A stretch of DNA of 63,053 nucleotides, filler included, from Choristocarpus tenellus KU-1152 (GCA_964200185.2; 11 parts of 11 records of this genome joined end to end with filler, not necessarily neighbours in it), one strand, 5' to 3'; positions 1 to 13,641 are shown, numbered from the whole stretch's first letter. Translations and numbers: made by a program. Notes: generated by a model not told the origin, from the letters alone.

Positions 1-718
1 CCCTAACTAACCACCCCCCCCCTCCCTCTAGATACTTTGAGCCAATGGTGAACATAACATAGAAGCCAATGTTTTGGTATCATATCCTCTTTGTTGTTGT
101 TGTGTGCAATCGCACACTTAAGTACCCTTCACTTCGTTTGTTGCACTCAGCTCTTCTAAGCTGGACCATCTTTCGGTTGTTTTACCTAAGAAATGCCATT
201 GTTATCAAACATGTGTGTGAGATAACCTGCTAAGAATGGACTTGAGAGATGTTATCAGGTACTTGTCAACACGTTACATTTATATCTAATGTACGACTAC
301 TAAAATATCATTGGGCAGTACTCTATATAGTATGTGGGCTAGAGTACACTATAAAGTAGTTGTGTATGCATTACCGTCCCGTATGTTGATAATGGAGACA
401 ATATAGTTACGGCAAAGTGACGTTGAGGAGGACGACGATGGGAGTGGCAAATTTGATTTTAAAATGCGTGATACAGGGAAGAAGAAATCACTAAGCCAAA
501 TCAAGAACAGGGGAAATCGCAGGGGTGTAATGTTGAGGGAGCAATGGAAGATGACAGGGTAGGAGGGGTGAGTGGGGATTGTACTAGTGAGGGAAGAGCG
601 ACCGGACCAAAGGCTTTAGCTGGAATATATCGGGTCATGTGAGGAGTGAGTCTATAACCTGCCTAATAGTGGGAGTAAACAAGGTCGTCCTAAGTCTGTG
701 CCCATGGAAGGGCGAGGC

Positions 719-957
719 GAGTGAACGTATCTTAGAGGGTACGAGTTTAGCCCTGTTTGTCCATTTTGGACTTGGCTTCCGTCGTTTTTTTTTATGACAT
801 TTACCCACTCCAAAATGTATACATTATGGTAAGGTGTGTCGGTAGCAAGGATATTGACACTTCATAACAAACACAATAGCCAAATTAAATCAACATTGCA
901 ACATTAGATTTTGACCCCCAAATGAACACAGCTCTATCCTCTAGGATACTTTGGCTC
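719..957 (+). mobile_element. MITE family A, near-complete copy
   Basis: Terminal inverted repeats GAGTGAACGTATCTTAGAGGG ... CCTCTAGGATACTTTGGCTC; flanks AGGC/AGAC (4-bp TSD with one mismatch); internal sequence shared with other copies. Confidence 0.85.
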
Positions 958-1159
958 AGACATTAGACTGAACAACAATTTTGGGGCGAAAATGGAGCGC
1001 ACAAATCGAGAGGATTGGCATAATTAGGAGAAAGAGGTGAAACAAATACTGGAGGTTATTCATGTGCCACACAGTGCATGGTGAAAGCGGCTAGGCAGGA
1101 TTGAACAAATGGATATGTCCGCCACATGAGCAGGAGCCAATCTGTCTCAAAGCTACCTG

Positions 1160-3110
1160 TTGAAATCTGTATCGAATGCATCATACATGTAAGCAAAATT
1201 TGTAGACTACCATCGATGAGGAATCATGGTGTTGCAAAGCACCGATGAGTAATATGCGTGTCTATGTTATGGATGATGTGATTGTGCTGCAAAGCACTGA
1301 TGTGATTATTCTGATGTAACCGAGATCATTGATCTCCCAGTCAAGAATGATGCGATAGGAGTTTGGTATTCTTGGTCGCTCAACCCGGAATGATGTGGTG
1401 TGAATTCAGTATTCCTTAATGAGATACTCAACGATAGAAGTCCATGGTCTATGGAGAGGCTTGTCACCTTGGCTTGCAAGGGTTTCCGCGGATAGTTTTA
1501 ACTATGGTCATATTACATCCAGGTGTGTAGCTGGTACACTGATTGTAGAGTGAGCTTGGTGCAATTTGAGGGATTTATGGCAGTCACGAAAGAAACAATA
1601 ATCAATGTGCAACTGTCATCTTCTGCTGATAAGAAGAAGAGTGAAAGAAAAAGAAACAAGAGAACAAAGTAGAACTAATATGTGATGCAACCTCACTATT
1701 TGTGTGGAACGCAGGGCGATGTTTCTGTACCACGGTGTTCTGACGGTAGTTGGTGTGGTGATGAACTAAGGACAGTAACATCCAGAACGTAACAGAACCA
1801 ATCAACAGTCAGTGTTAACTGGTCGAACTGTACCGTAGCAAGGAACAAACAGGCGTAGCCTATGTTTTAAAAGTTACAACAGAATAAAAAGATCGGTGCT
1901 TTGCAACACAATCACGTCTATCCATGACATAGACTACGCATGCCCATTTATCGGTGCTTTGCAGCACCATGATTCCTCATCGCTCGTAGTCTACGCTTTT
2001 TGCTTACATGTACGATGCATTCGATTCAGGTTTCAAGTGTAACTGAGGTCATTGATCTGACAGTCAAGAATTATATGATGTGATTTCTGTATTCTTGGTT
2101 GCTCAATCCAGAACGATGTGATGTGAATTCAGTGTTCGTCCATGATATACTCAAAAGAAGAGATCCATGCTCTTTGGAGAGGCCTGTTACCTTAGCTAGC
2201 AAGGATGTCCGCGGATGGTTTTAACTCTGATTATATTGCATCCATGTGTGCGTTTTTTATACTGTTAGCAGAGTGAGCTTGATGCATTGTGAGAGACCAA
2301 TGGCAGCCATGAAAGAAATATTAATCAACAATCAACGAGCACATATCATCTCCTGCTGATAAGAGGAAGAAAAAGTGAAGAACCAACAAACAAGGGAGCA
2401 AGAGAACAAACTTGAAGCAATGTGTGATGCAACTCAAGTAACGCATACTATTCTTGAGTGAAAGTATCTTAGAGGGTATGAGTTTGGCCCTGTTTGTCCA
2501 TTTGGGGCTTGACTTCCCTCATTTTTTTTTATGACATTTACCTACTCCAAAATGTCTAGGAGTAGGTAAAATGTATACGTTATTAAAAGCTGTTTCCGTA
2601 GCAAGGATATTGACACTTCCTAACAAACACGACAGCAAAATTACATCAACATTACAACTTTGGATTTTGACCCCCAAATGGACGCGGGTCTACCTTCTAG
2701 GATACTCTCGCAAGGGCGTGTGTATTAAAGAGCGACTGTTCTGTACTACAGTGTGCTGATATTAATTGATGTAGTGATGATGAACTTGTGACAGTAACGT
2801 CCAGAGCGTGACAGACCAAACCAACGGTCAGTGTTGATGGGTGGAACTGTATTGTATCTAGGAACAAACAGTGTGCGTTGCAGGGTGTGGGAATAGTGCT
2901 ATCTTGAGTGAGGTGAGAGTGGGAAAGCTGTGGTGAGCAGCACATGGCCAGGTCGTGTGTGGCCTACAGGTGTGCTTTCGTGTGCAATTACTGGTTTCTC
3001 AGTAAGGGGTGTCATGGTGACGCAAAGCACCAGTAAATTTATTCTGTTGCAACTGAAGTCATGGCTTGCTCAGTCAGAACATGGATGATGTGTATTCGAT
3101 GTTCTTCCTT
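1160..3110. repeat. Inverted and tandem repeat mosaic: ~160-bp inverted arms (about 1160-1320 and 1873-2037) around a ~550-bp unit that recurs at 2038-2860 (interrupted by a MITE), 3020-3110 and 4940-5220
   Basis: 1891-2035 is the reverse complement of 1161-1300; tgtaaccgagatcattgatctcccagtcaagaat (1315) is repeated as tgtaactgaggtcattgatctgacagtcaagaat (2038). Confidence 0.75.
2456..2710 (+). mobile_element. MITE family A copy with eroded right end
   Basis: Starts GAGTGAAAGTATCTTAGAGGG; colinear with 719-957. Confidence 0.85.
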
Positions 3111-3129
3111 GGTTCATAACATGAAAATG

Positions 3130-3244
3130 TTACCTCCTCCGAAACATTTTAGAGTACGAAAATGTCATACAAAACCCCCGTGGGAAGTCAAGTCCCAAAC
3201 GGACAAACAAGGCAAAACTTGTACCCTCTAAGATACTTTCATTC
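3130..3244 (-). mobile_element. MITE family A half copy
   Basis: Ends GTACCCTCTAAGATACTTTCATTC. Confidence 0.75.
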
Positions 3245-3646
3245 TGAGTTTGGTGCGGTACGAAGGGGCAATGTTCACCAAGAAAAATAATAACCAACAA
3301 TTGACGTACAACTAACTGGGCTCTTATGCTGTTGTATGAGGAGGGAAAAACAAAATCAAAGAAACAACACAACAAACTTTGAATGTCTAATGTAACCGTA
3401 TGTATGATGTGTAACGAATTTTCTTATGATTCCGATGTACTTCGATGTTGTGAAGATAGTTGGTGGTGTTGTGATGATGAGCTAGTTGTGCACGTGAAAG
3501 TAACCACCAGTACAGCGGACGAATAAACAGCCAGTATAGACAGGTGGCACTGTATTGCATCAAGAAAAACAAATGAACAGTCTTTTTTAAAACAAAATCT
3601 CCTTACCACAGTAACTGGTAAAGCACAATCGTTTTAGACTCTTCAG

Positions 3647-4033
3647 CGAAGAAAAACAACAAAACGATGCAGGAAATGCCCAGCGCACTCTCCAGATCTA
3701 TGCTTGGGAGGAAGGATTCGTCAAAGTTTCCAATAATCGACAGCGTCAACCTAAGCATGGACGAGGAGAGTGATGGTGACGTTATAGAGAAAAGGGTGAG
3801 GGAGATTGGTAGTTCTGACGAGGGCGGACCAGGTGCTGTGGAGGTCAATCCCAATTCTCAATCTTGTCTCGGAGGTAGAAGAAAGGTGACCAAGGACGAT
3901 GTAAAACAAAGGATATTGACCAGGTTGGAGGGAGAGGTGGGAGCACCAGTGACACCGGCTCAACAGAATGTAGGGTTGTGGAGGAATCGTCCTTTTCCTT
4001 TGTCAACTACAAGCCTTCCTATCACACATAGAG
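3647..4033 (+). CDS. Probable exon of an unknown low-complexity protein; a possible upstream exon lies at about 406-558
   Basis: Open acidic/Ser/Gly-rich frame (MDEESDGDVIEKRVREIGSSDEGG) bounded by AG and GT; no recognisable domain, and splice phases are unresolved. Confidence 0.35.
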
Positions 4034-5439
4034 GTATATTATGTGTCGTATCAGTTCCCTCAGAAATTTATTCAAGTTTGTCTCCTTGTTTCTTCTTTTT
4101 TCGCCCTTTCTTCTTCCTACAACAAGTTGTCAGTTGAATATCATGTGTTGATTAGTATCTTTCTTGACCAGCATTGTCCGCTCATAATTCATCCTGCTCT
4201 CTCTGCACCATGTTAAAACCTAAATCGAATGCATTGTACTCCTGAGTAAAATGCGCAGATGCGTTGCGAAGAGAAACCTGACCCTTAGATGGCGTATGTT
4301 TGCAGGATTTAGGTGCATCAGACCTAAACCCGGATCACCCCACAATATCCCCTTGTTCTCTCCGTGCTTTCGTAGATTCAGAGCTAGAGTGTACTTCTCC
4401 CCCTCACATGATGAACCGAGTCTAGGTGTAGCACACATGTTACTTCAGGGAACACTTGATACCACATTCTCAGCAATACTGGCAGCACTGCAAAGTTGCC
4501 ACACGGAACCTGATAGTCGCAACGTAGGCGTTGGAGGTTGGGTACTAAAGTTGTTGAAACCTGAATTTCGTATGAGTTTTGCATTGTTGTGGTGTGTCTA
4601 GTTTGAAACGAAGGGTATCATAGTGCAACATGTATAAATTGCCTTGGGAGGCTGTTTTGCATACAACAAAGCCCTGATGAATTTGTTCTGGTAGTTCCGA
4701 TGACATGTTCTACTCAAGCAGACAATGATTGATGCGAAAGTGTGTTTGGTTGTGGTGTGATTAACATGTTTAGAGACAGGTGTGTGTCATAGTGCAACAA
4801 GACACCTTCGGGTTTGGTCTGGTGCGTCCGACGGCATGTTTTACTCAATCAGACAATGGTTGATCTGAAATGTGTACTAGTACGTCTGGCATGTATTAAT
4901 CAAACAGACTATGGTTGATCTGAAATGTGTGATCACTCATTGAGACGCTCAAATGAAGAAATCCATGCTGTGTGAAGAGACTTGTCACCTTAGCTGAGAA
5001 GGGTTTCGAAGGATGGTTTTACCTCTGGTTTTATTGCATCCCGGCGTGTGTCAGGTACACGTAATGCAGAGTGAGCATGATGAGTTATGAGGGGACAATG
5101 CTAGTCAAGAAAGGTAATGATCAACACAGGATACGCAACTAACAACTTCTTGTGTGAAGAAGAAGAAGAAACGGAAAACACAAAAGAAGAACAAGGAGAC
5201 AAACTCGAATCAATGTTTAAGGAAAGTGGTGTGACACATGGTATGCCTGTATATGTGATAGGAAGCGACTGTACTTATTCTTCCTATGTAGTCTGGTGTT
5301 CTGAAGGTGATTGGTGTTGTTGTGATGAGGAGGTAATGAGGAAAGTGAGAATAGCGACCATTACAATATACAAATCAACATTCAGTATGGATTGACGATA
5401 ATGTGTATCGTATCAAAACAAATCAAATGAATACCCTAT

Positions 5440-6130
5440 GATTTAACAAAAGCCACACCAAGTTTACTTTCATCATGCCCATGGTCAAGACTACTTCGGG
5501 TCCATAACTGGCGAGTGCAGGTATACACATGACCACTTGGTAGCTTCCAAGAGATACTTCTCATACCTTTCGAGAATCCACCAAGGATCTCCATGTGCTC
5601 AATCCACTGCAGAGTCGCATACGATGGTAGCCTTAACAGATACACATCTCCAATACCTAGCAGCAATGCAAGACTCGGATCTCCCTCTACTACTCGCGAG
5701 AAACTCAACCGATTCGGACGCTTCAGAGCCATCTTGAAGCTGTGCCTTGGAATCTGAGGCTCCAGGGATCCCTATCATTCCAACTATAGGAAAGTAAAAC
5801 TCCCATTCCCACCTCGATAATGTTCGTCATGACACCTGCCCATTAACTAGTCAAGTATGGATATCTGCCCTGCTGGGGCATCCACCCAAAGTCCACTCGA
5901 GAATGCCTGTCCAGGTACTTCTTGACACAGGTGCAGGAGATGACAATTACGTCTCATCTGTTTTTTGGCGCTGCACTGCTCTTAAGGGGGGTGGCAACGG
6001 CCTACCACATCTCAACATAGCAGGCAAAGGTGCCTTAAGAGCAGCAAACCCCAGAGGGCGCATAATTGCACCAATGCAGGTAGTGCACAGACCCAGTTTT
6101 GGCTTGAAGTCACCCTACTGGAGGGTGTAG
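5440..6130 (+). mobile_element. Decayed Ty3/Gypsy gag-protease fragment
   Basis: Retropepsin motif VQVLLDTGA in ORF 5903-6130; frameshifted Zn-knuckle-like C..HNWR.C remnant near 5475-5520. Confidence 0.65.
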
Positions 6131-7224
6131 TTGAAGGATGGAAATTAGGAGGGATTCAACAGGAGAGAGATGAGTGACTTCTACAGAAGACCGCTCAGCA
6201 GATAACAACTGTATACCCGAAGGACAAGGTGAGGATTACCTGGTGCATGCCAGGACAAGAGAATAAGGCATCGATAGTCATAGTCACCAAAAGGAAAATT
6301 GGATAGCAGAAGTTGGAGCAAAGAAGCCACCCACATTAGAGTGTACGCTAATATATGTATGGGCTGCATACCCTGTATGTAGTCTTTTCAAAAAAATACA
6401 ACCAATATATAGCTTTTTTTCCCCTCTCTTTTCTATTTGTAACTGCCTTCTGCGATCTATTTTCTATTTCAAATAGATCATAAGAATATCTCACACTTCT
6501 CTTCTTTCAAGATTTTCTTTTTCCTGGTTCTGATCCTACAGTTTTATTTTATTTTATATTTTTCGTGTCGTTTTTTTTCTTTTCCAATCCATTATGCACC
6601 GATTTTTCTTTTCTTTTTCTTCTTGCAATTTTCTTTTTAAAATCTTCTTTTTATCTAATTATTAAATTATATGTATGTATATTTTTGTCATTGCCTGATT
6701 TGCGCACTAGCAGGCTTGAGTATGCTTTGCACTCAAGGCCCATAGGACAGGCAATCAGCAGATATCCAAGTAGGTAATAAATATTGTAAGGGTTAGGAGT
6801 GTATTCCTTGATATCACTCACGATGCAGATACGGCATAGAACCTTGCAGTAGAAACCCATGCATATACATTACTCACATCTGTGATTGGGAAGATCGGAA
6901 CTGGGAATCCATATATTCTAGGCCATGTTAGAGATGTATGTTTTGTAACTTTTGAATGTGAGTTTCAGAAGGAGCAAGTATATACTCAAAATAGGCTTGA
7001 TACAAACTTAACTCTGATGGTATTCTGTGACCCTTGGTACAGATTTATCCCAATCAAAACAAGCGTATTTGTTTGTCTGTTTGGGCTTAGATGGAGTCGT
7101 ATATATTTTTATTACAGCATGTACTCTGATTTAGTCAGACATTTATTGATTCTCACTGTGTCTTACGACTTTTGGGGATCCATTCTTAAAAGAAACTGAG
7201 AGATATGTTGATCATTTGTTGGAA

Positions 7225-8085
7225 GCAACTGGCAAATTTGGAACTCGAGCCCCTATGTCATTAAAATGGCAACCAATACATGCTACTGCAGCACGATCTG
7301 AGGTGATGGATGATACTCATTGTCTTAACCCGTGACAATCGCCTGTGGTAAGCGTGAACATATATACCTAGTTCACACTGGGGGGCATGTTACAGGCAAA
7401 TATCGAAAATAATTCTTCCCATGCTCTAATAAACGAGTGCAAGTATCTTAGAGGGTACGAGTTTTACCCTGTTTGTCCGTTTGGGGCTTGGCTTCCCACG
7501 GGTTTTTTATAACATTTTACCTACTCCGAAATGTTTCAGGGTAGGTAAAATGTATTTGTTATGCAAAGATGCGTTCGGAACAAGGGTACTGACACTTCCT
7601 AACAAATATGATAGCCAAAATTTTGTAAAAATCACAACATTGGATTTTGGCCCCCAAACGGACGCGACTCTACCCTCTAAGATGCTTTGACTCAAGCGCG
7701 AGCAGTATATACGGGTGGGGAACCCCTCAAGGGGGAACTCCGACTTGCTAAAGGTTGCGGAGTAAGATCTGTAACTTGGGGATGCATACAACGTTTTGCG
7801 GATGTATTCTAATGTCTGTAAACTAAAATATAAATACACCGTGAATGATGCAAACAGTGACCCATAGCTCACTTTCTGACGTTGACTGACACCATATTCT
7901 TTATATAAGTGACTACTGATTAAGAAAGTATACCTTATCTGCTGACCTAACGCTCATTATCCTCGTTGGACCTTTTCTCTCTCGGAGTATCCTGGGAGTC
8001 TTATACGAGCATCAGCGCCATCTATAGGCCTGTGAATTGGAGCTATACATACTGTGGAGGAAAGTGTTTGGAGCGTGTTGTAACA
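7225..8085 (+). mobile_element. 3' internal region, PPT and LTR (7388-8085) related to the element at 46790-49081
   Basis: 7225-7397 matches 47505-47659; GGGGGCA is followed by TGTTACAGG; the LTR ends ggagctatacatactgtggagg...TGTAACA, as at 49035-49080. Confidence 0.75.
7435..7693 (+). mobile_element. MITE family A nested in an LTR
   Basis: GAGTGCAAGTATCTTAGAGGG ... CCCTCTAAGATGCTTTGACTC; flanks AAAC/AAGC. Confidence 0.88.
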
Positions 8086-8259
8086 TACTCGCCAATGTAT
8101 ATTAGAATTCAACGTACATCAACTAAAAGATTGTTTCTGTACTCTATTTCACTTAAACATAAATCGATGAGACCATTAATTCATTTCATCAAGTCTGACA
8201 CAAATCAATGACATCGTATGTTTCTATAGTTCTTGACCACAAGGATACCAACGTAGATA

Positions 8260-8378
8260 CGTGCGGGTCTATAAAATATATCATCCACCCAGCGCATGCA
8301 AAATCACCCAAAAGTCACGACATGGAAAAATGGACCACAAAAGGACAGTTGCGACCCCCTCCCCAGATACTTTGGTCC
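8260..8378 (-). mobile_element. MITE family B partial copy
   Basis: Ends CCCCAGATACTTTGGTCC; internal aaatcacccaaaa...gaaaaatggacc matches other B copies. Confidence 0.7.
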
Positions 8379-8749
8379 ATTAGCAAGACCTACATTGCGA
8401 CTGGATCTCGTGAGGAGGTCAACATCAGGTGTGTGATCGTGCTGTACCCTCTTCTAGGTGAAGGAATTGAAACATGCAGAAATATGAAGTATCTTGCACC
8501 CATCCTGCTTTTTTTGAGGCAAAAGGTCGTTGATGGCAGAGTGGTGAACCTATGATGCTTAGTTTGTGAATAGTTACTACAAATCAACCGTTTGATTCAA
8601 GTACAAACAAATGAGTCAGACCCCAAAATGTGCTGCTACATTAGGGCAACACTTCACGGGTGGCTGCTTGCAGTTATTACCTTTGTTTGGTGTCTGCTGA
8701 GTATGATGCTGGCTTCATGATAGATAGGAATCTGAACCTCCTCTGGGCA

Positions 8750-9800
8750 TAGGCGTATTATATACAGTAGTTTCTATTGATTGTAGTTTCATGTACTTTG
8801 GTTGGAGTCCATCTAAACAGGCTCCAAGTCATAAAGCAACACAAAAACAGGGAGAGGCGCGAAGAAACCTGTGCAACATAAGTGGCTTTGTTTTCATAGG
8901 CCACGCTGACCAAATCCAGCAAAATGCAGATTTCGACAAACGAATTAATGACGATTCGGTGGGATGTTGTGACAATATCCAATTAAGCCCTCATTATATT
9001 CGACAAAGCTCAAAATATTGCAATCGTTCCTTTCCTAGTCATGCTGCATCATTTGCCATTAAAGGACTCAATTGTTTTACTAGAAGGAAGGTGAAGTTGA
9101 AAGGAAAAGCTTGAGGCATGCTAACTATCATGGAAATATGTTATCATGCTCATTTCTTATCACATCATCATCGGCTTCTATATTTGAATATACACTGGTG
9201 TCAACTTGAATAATTCCACAGTTGATTTGACACGGTGCCACAGGCATTACCTTATCATGGTATGATTCCTTTATAAGCGACCAATAATGACACAATAACC
9301 AGCAGGTAATCTAACTCTATCTAGTTAAGGTTGAAAGGATTGGAAATATTTAACCGATTGGATTATTGTTTGTCTTTCTCGGAAGAAGCCTACTGGGGTA
9401 CAGAGCTCCAAGTTTCGAAACGTCCTTCAGATAGGCGTGGGACTTACGTGGTAAATACATTGAGTACTTTATATCCAGCATTTCCAGTGGGCTATGAAGT
9501 TAGTCGAGGCCCCCAGTCTCTTACTATTTTCCTGTTTTTATCTGTGCATACAAATACTTGTTTCGATTCATAAATTGTGCACAGAAATGTGGGTCTAATT
9601 CCCTCAATGAAGTAGAAGGAAGCAAGCTTTCAATCTTAGACACCAGCAAGGTATTGCTCGGATGATACCTGGGAGGTTGTAGCATCGACAGCCATTTCCT
9701 AAAACATAATGTTGCAGGAACAGTTGAAGCACTATCGTTAAACCAACAGTGGGTACCCGCATCAGAAAAATACTACATGATACACCATTGACGTTTTTGT
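8750..9800 (+). mobile_element. Highly decayed Ty3/Gypsy RT-RNase H remnant
   Basis: FIGH and RSFPSHAASFAIKGLNCFTRRKVK resemble the Gypsy FLGH ... RRFIPNFA.IAAPL..LTRK motifs; many stops. Confidence 0.45.
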
Positions 9801-10999
9801 AAGATTTGCAATGTTATGCAGCGATGGTGACTTTGTTGTTTATTACCCTTGCATGTTTTCCCCTCTGCAGAGTGTTCTTTCGCCCCAGGTACAGAACGGT
9901 TCATGAAATGCTTGAGGCCAACCTGCTGCACTGCTTCTTACTCTTGAAGGTATTCCAAGATGTCAGTGTATAGTGGGAGAATATTGCCACAATGATGGGC
10001 TCGCCAGTCTAAGGTTTAGCCTGAGATGATGCAAAAGCGACCTCTATAGCTGTACGCACTCTGTGCTGGGCTTTGTGTTGGAAATGGGGTTTGACCTGTT
10101 GAATTAACCATTGTAGGGGTGGAGTGGTGGTGTAGGATACCCCCCTTGGTGCAACTAGTAGCAGGCAGTATCTGGGTGTAGGTAGTAGGTGCGTTTGCCT
10201 AGGCATCTTATTTTTATGTAGTAGTGGTGATGGCTGAACATTTTGTTCGATTTTCCTGCTATGTTCAGATTTTTTCTTCCCAAAGAGCTCCATTTTATGT
10301 TTGTTTGTACTCTTGTATCATGTTATGTGTGACAATGAGTCTCCGACCATCAAATGTGTTACACTAAAATATAGATATGATAACGTGTATGTGGTTATGA
10401 AACCTGTTACCTAGTAGTGGTCTCTTGATGAATGCAGTGCTAGGATAGTTTTCACGGTGTGGTGATACTTTTACAGATCATCAGTTTCTCTGGTGCTTAT
10501 TTAGTTCATCAGGCTTAGGAATGTTGGCACGTTGAACCAGGATTGAAAGAATAGGGGAAGCCTCTGTTAGGAGCCTTGTGTCTTTGGGGGAGACTATATG
10601 AAAGCAAGAGGGCAACTCTGTCGCTAGCTGTGTATTATATTGGCAAAAGACTCATGAACAGACCCAAAGTATCTGGGGGGGGGGGGGGGGGGGGGGGGGC
10701 TGGGAGGGGTGTTTATGGAAACAAAGGAGAGAAATTAGCTCTTATAAGTAACCCCGATTTTGATCAACACCACCCCANNNNNNNNNNNNNNNNNNNNNNN
10801 NNNNNNNNNNNNNNNNNNNNNTTAATTAATTAANNNNNNNNNNNNNNNNNNNNNNNNNNNNNNNNNNNNNNNNNNNNCCCCCCCCAGATGCTTTGACCTA
10901 AAGCAATGGGACTAATGTCCACACTACTGTAGAAGTAAAAGTAGCACCCTCTACAGTACACCGTACGATATTTGACAATAATAATAATAATAATATGCT

Positions 11000-12323
11000 T
11001 TCCTCAAGAATGCTGACTTGTGATTGGTCTTGACTACTTCCTGTCATTTGTAGATATCTCAATCTAATGAATCTAATTGGAGACAAAAAGGAAAAAAGCA
11101 ATGTGTAGATGCAGTACTGTACCACCTATCCACAACAATGGTACAATAGTGCTGTATCATAGTCTCTTGATCACTGTTTACAGGATAGGAGAACAGACAC
11201 TTAAGTGCACAGACGATGGTTTGATCAAAAAGCGCCTCTTGAGTCGTGCTTGTTCCAGCAACAGAGAGAGTACTGCCATGGGCAATGATCCCTCACCTCT
11301 TTTGGGACAATAAGACGATCAAAAACCACAATGTTCACCGAATCAAGAGAGCTCAGTAGGTTTGTCAAGGTTCTCTCGATGGGCGACAGCCTGAGTGATG
11401 ACCCATGACCCATGACCCATGACCCACCCGCCCATCCCCAACAGGAGGTTCATCCCAACATCCCAAGAAAAAAACCACATGGCCATATACCACATGGTGC
11501 CACCAGAGTAAGGTATGAACAGGGTAATGCAGGAACAGATCAAGGTGTACAGGCAAAGCAAGGAAAAACAAGGGGTTGGGATACAGAGCAATATATTACT
11601 TCATCTCAAAAATAACTGAAGATCAAAATAACTCATCACCTTATTTCCCCATTCCATGGTAATACCCTCCCATGCACCAGATTTGAGGTAGGGTTAGGGT
11701 TAGGGTTAGGGCTAGAGGTAGGGGGGAGGAGTGACAAGCAGTGGCATGGTTATGTGTGATGGATAAACCACTTGAGAACAAAAAATAGCGACACAACCCT
11801 AACCCTAACCCTAAACACACAGGGGGCAGCACGATCAATTCTATTGCAAGAGGCAGTGTGAACTGACATCAGACGACATACATGTCAAGTGGGATTTTAA
11901 CAGGGTCAGGGTAATCGAGAAAGTCCCTACTAATGGGAGCAAATAATAATAGTAGTAGAAAGAAAGAATGTTATGGTTCTACTTTATATAGAGGTTAAAA
12001 TACACCCCTTGTACATACTATATATTAGCACTAATAGACCTCTGTACAACAGCACCACAACCAAAAGTATACTGGACATGAATATAGAATAAATGGTATT
12101 ATATAAGAGGAGTCTACACTAATTTGACACACTTTGAGCTGTATGAACAATAATAATTTCTACCTCCTTATGGTGGGGTTATTCCATCCCTCTGACTCTA
12201 CCCCAGGCAAGGGTTCTGGCAATACTGCGGCAGCCCCTTGTTTCTTGGCCTGACTAGCAATATGTTGTCGCTGTGAGCGATTAGCAGCCTCGTGTGGCAT
12301 GGTTGACAACTCCAGCTGTTGAA
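11000..12323 (-). CDS. Possible small internal exons of an unknown gene (about 12203-12323, 11298-11390, 11019-11041)
   Basis: Short stop-free AG/GT-bounded segments (VQQLELSTMPHEAANRSQRQHIASQAKKQGAAAVLPEPL; LSPIERTLTNLLSSLDSVNIVVFDRLIVPKE); no domain recognised. Confidence 0.3.
11689..11814. repeat. Interstitial telomere-like repeats: (TTAGGG)3 facing (CCCTAA)3
   Basis: gggttagggttagggttaggg at about 11691-11711 and aaccctaaccctaaccctaa at about 11795-11814. Confidence 0.7.
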
Positions 12324-13258
12324 CCTGATCACATCACAAATGGCACCAATAGAACAAATATAACACACTGAGAGACAGTCTTCACATAACAATGAAATTT
12401 GTACATGACATAACAAAAAATATCAGGAATATTGAGCCATAGTGGGATCAGGCACAGAAGGTAGAGGTACCAAAAGTCATACAAACAAGGTTGGGGCACG
12501 TTAGGTTGTACGAGTAAGAGCAGTCATGGGGAGGGTGGGGGGTGGGGGGGTGGGGTATCCAGGAGAGAAGGGAAGCATGACTGATTCTGGAAAGCTTGAG
12601 AAAGAGGGTCAAGGGAAGGGAAGAAATATAGTTGGGAAAAGAGCAATCGATGCAAACTTTGAAGTGTATCTCACACTTGTATATAATGTGAAATGGTCAG
12701 CCAATCAGCAACGGGCTGACCAGTCAATACAATACTTCCGATCAGCCATTGCCGTTCCAGACAATTTCTGCAATAGTTTACAACAATAGTCACTTCAATT
12801 CAAGTCACTTCACTTCAGCTCTTTGATCTCTGTTGAATTACTTTTTCCTGGAAATTTATTGATCTCATCTTATGGCTATTTTTCAAGGCATTCTCTTTTC
12901 AATGGCACACTTCGAACCCTTTCAAATGCGATGTACTCACTATTTGGTTCAAATGATCAAGATTTTAGCTCCCGTGATATCAATTCTTTCTAATTATACC
13001 CCCCCCTCCCAGCTGTGTGATATTGAGCGTTGAGTACCAACTACAAGTACCTACCTCACAAAAGGACAATGGAGGTCTATCATTTCAATATTTTCAAGTG
13101 TCATCCCTAATGATACCATAAATGACAAAGTGCTTCACAAGGAAAGGTTTACTACGAAACAAACAAGTACCACTAGCCATTGTACACACTAGTGACATTT
13201 TGAGGTATGGGCTATCCAGAAAAAGAAAACATCAAGGAATGAGTGGTAACCATGTCAA

Positions 13259-13541
13259 AGTAGTGAAACCATCTAATGTCCACATTGGAATACAACAGTA
13301 GTGACAGTAGTGAAACCATCTAATGTCCACATTGGAATACAACAGTAGTGACAGTAGTGAAACCATGTAATGTCCACATTGGAATACAACAGTAGTGACA
13401 GTAGTGAAACCATGTAATGTCCACATTGGAATACAACAGTAGTGACAGTAGTGAAACCATGTAATGTCCACATTGGAATACAACAGTAGTGACAGTAGTG
13501 AAACCATGTAATGTCCACATTGGAATACAACAGTAGTGACA
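13259..13541. repeat. 47-bp minisatellite, about 6 near-identical units, truncated by contig end
   Basis: Unit AGTAGTGAAACCAT(G/C)TAATGTCCACATTGGAATACAACAGTAGTGAC arranged head-to-tail with no spacers. Confidence 0.95.
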
Positions 13542-13641
13542 NNNNNNNNNNNNNNNNNNNNNNNNNNNNNNNNNNNNNNNNNNNNTTAATTAATTAANNN
13601 NNNNNNNNNNNNNNNNNNNNNNNNNNNNNNNNNNNNNNNNN

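Noticed and set aside
4670-4745. CTGATGA, a possible hammerhead ribozyme core
   Set aside because: No properly placed GAAA or stem II; none found in the 47651-49081 LTR either, so no retrozyme call.
10822-10833. Recurrent TTAATTAATTAA palindrome
   Set aside because: Assembly linker embedded in Ns, not biological.
13259-13541. CRISPR-like array
   Set aside because: Units are contiguous and near-identical with no unique spacers, and there are no cas genes; this is a minisatellite and its three ORFs are artefacts.
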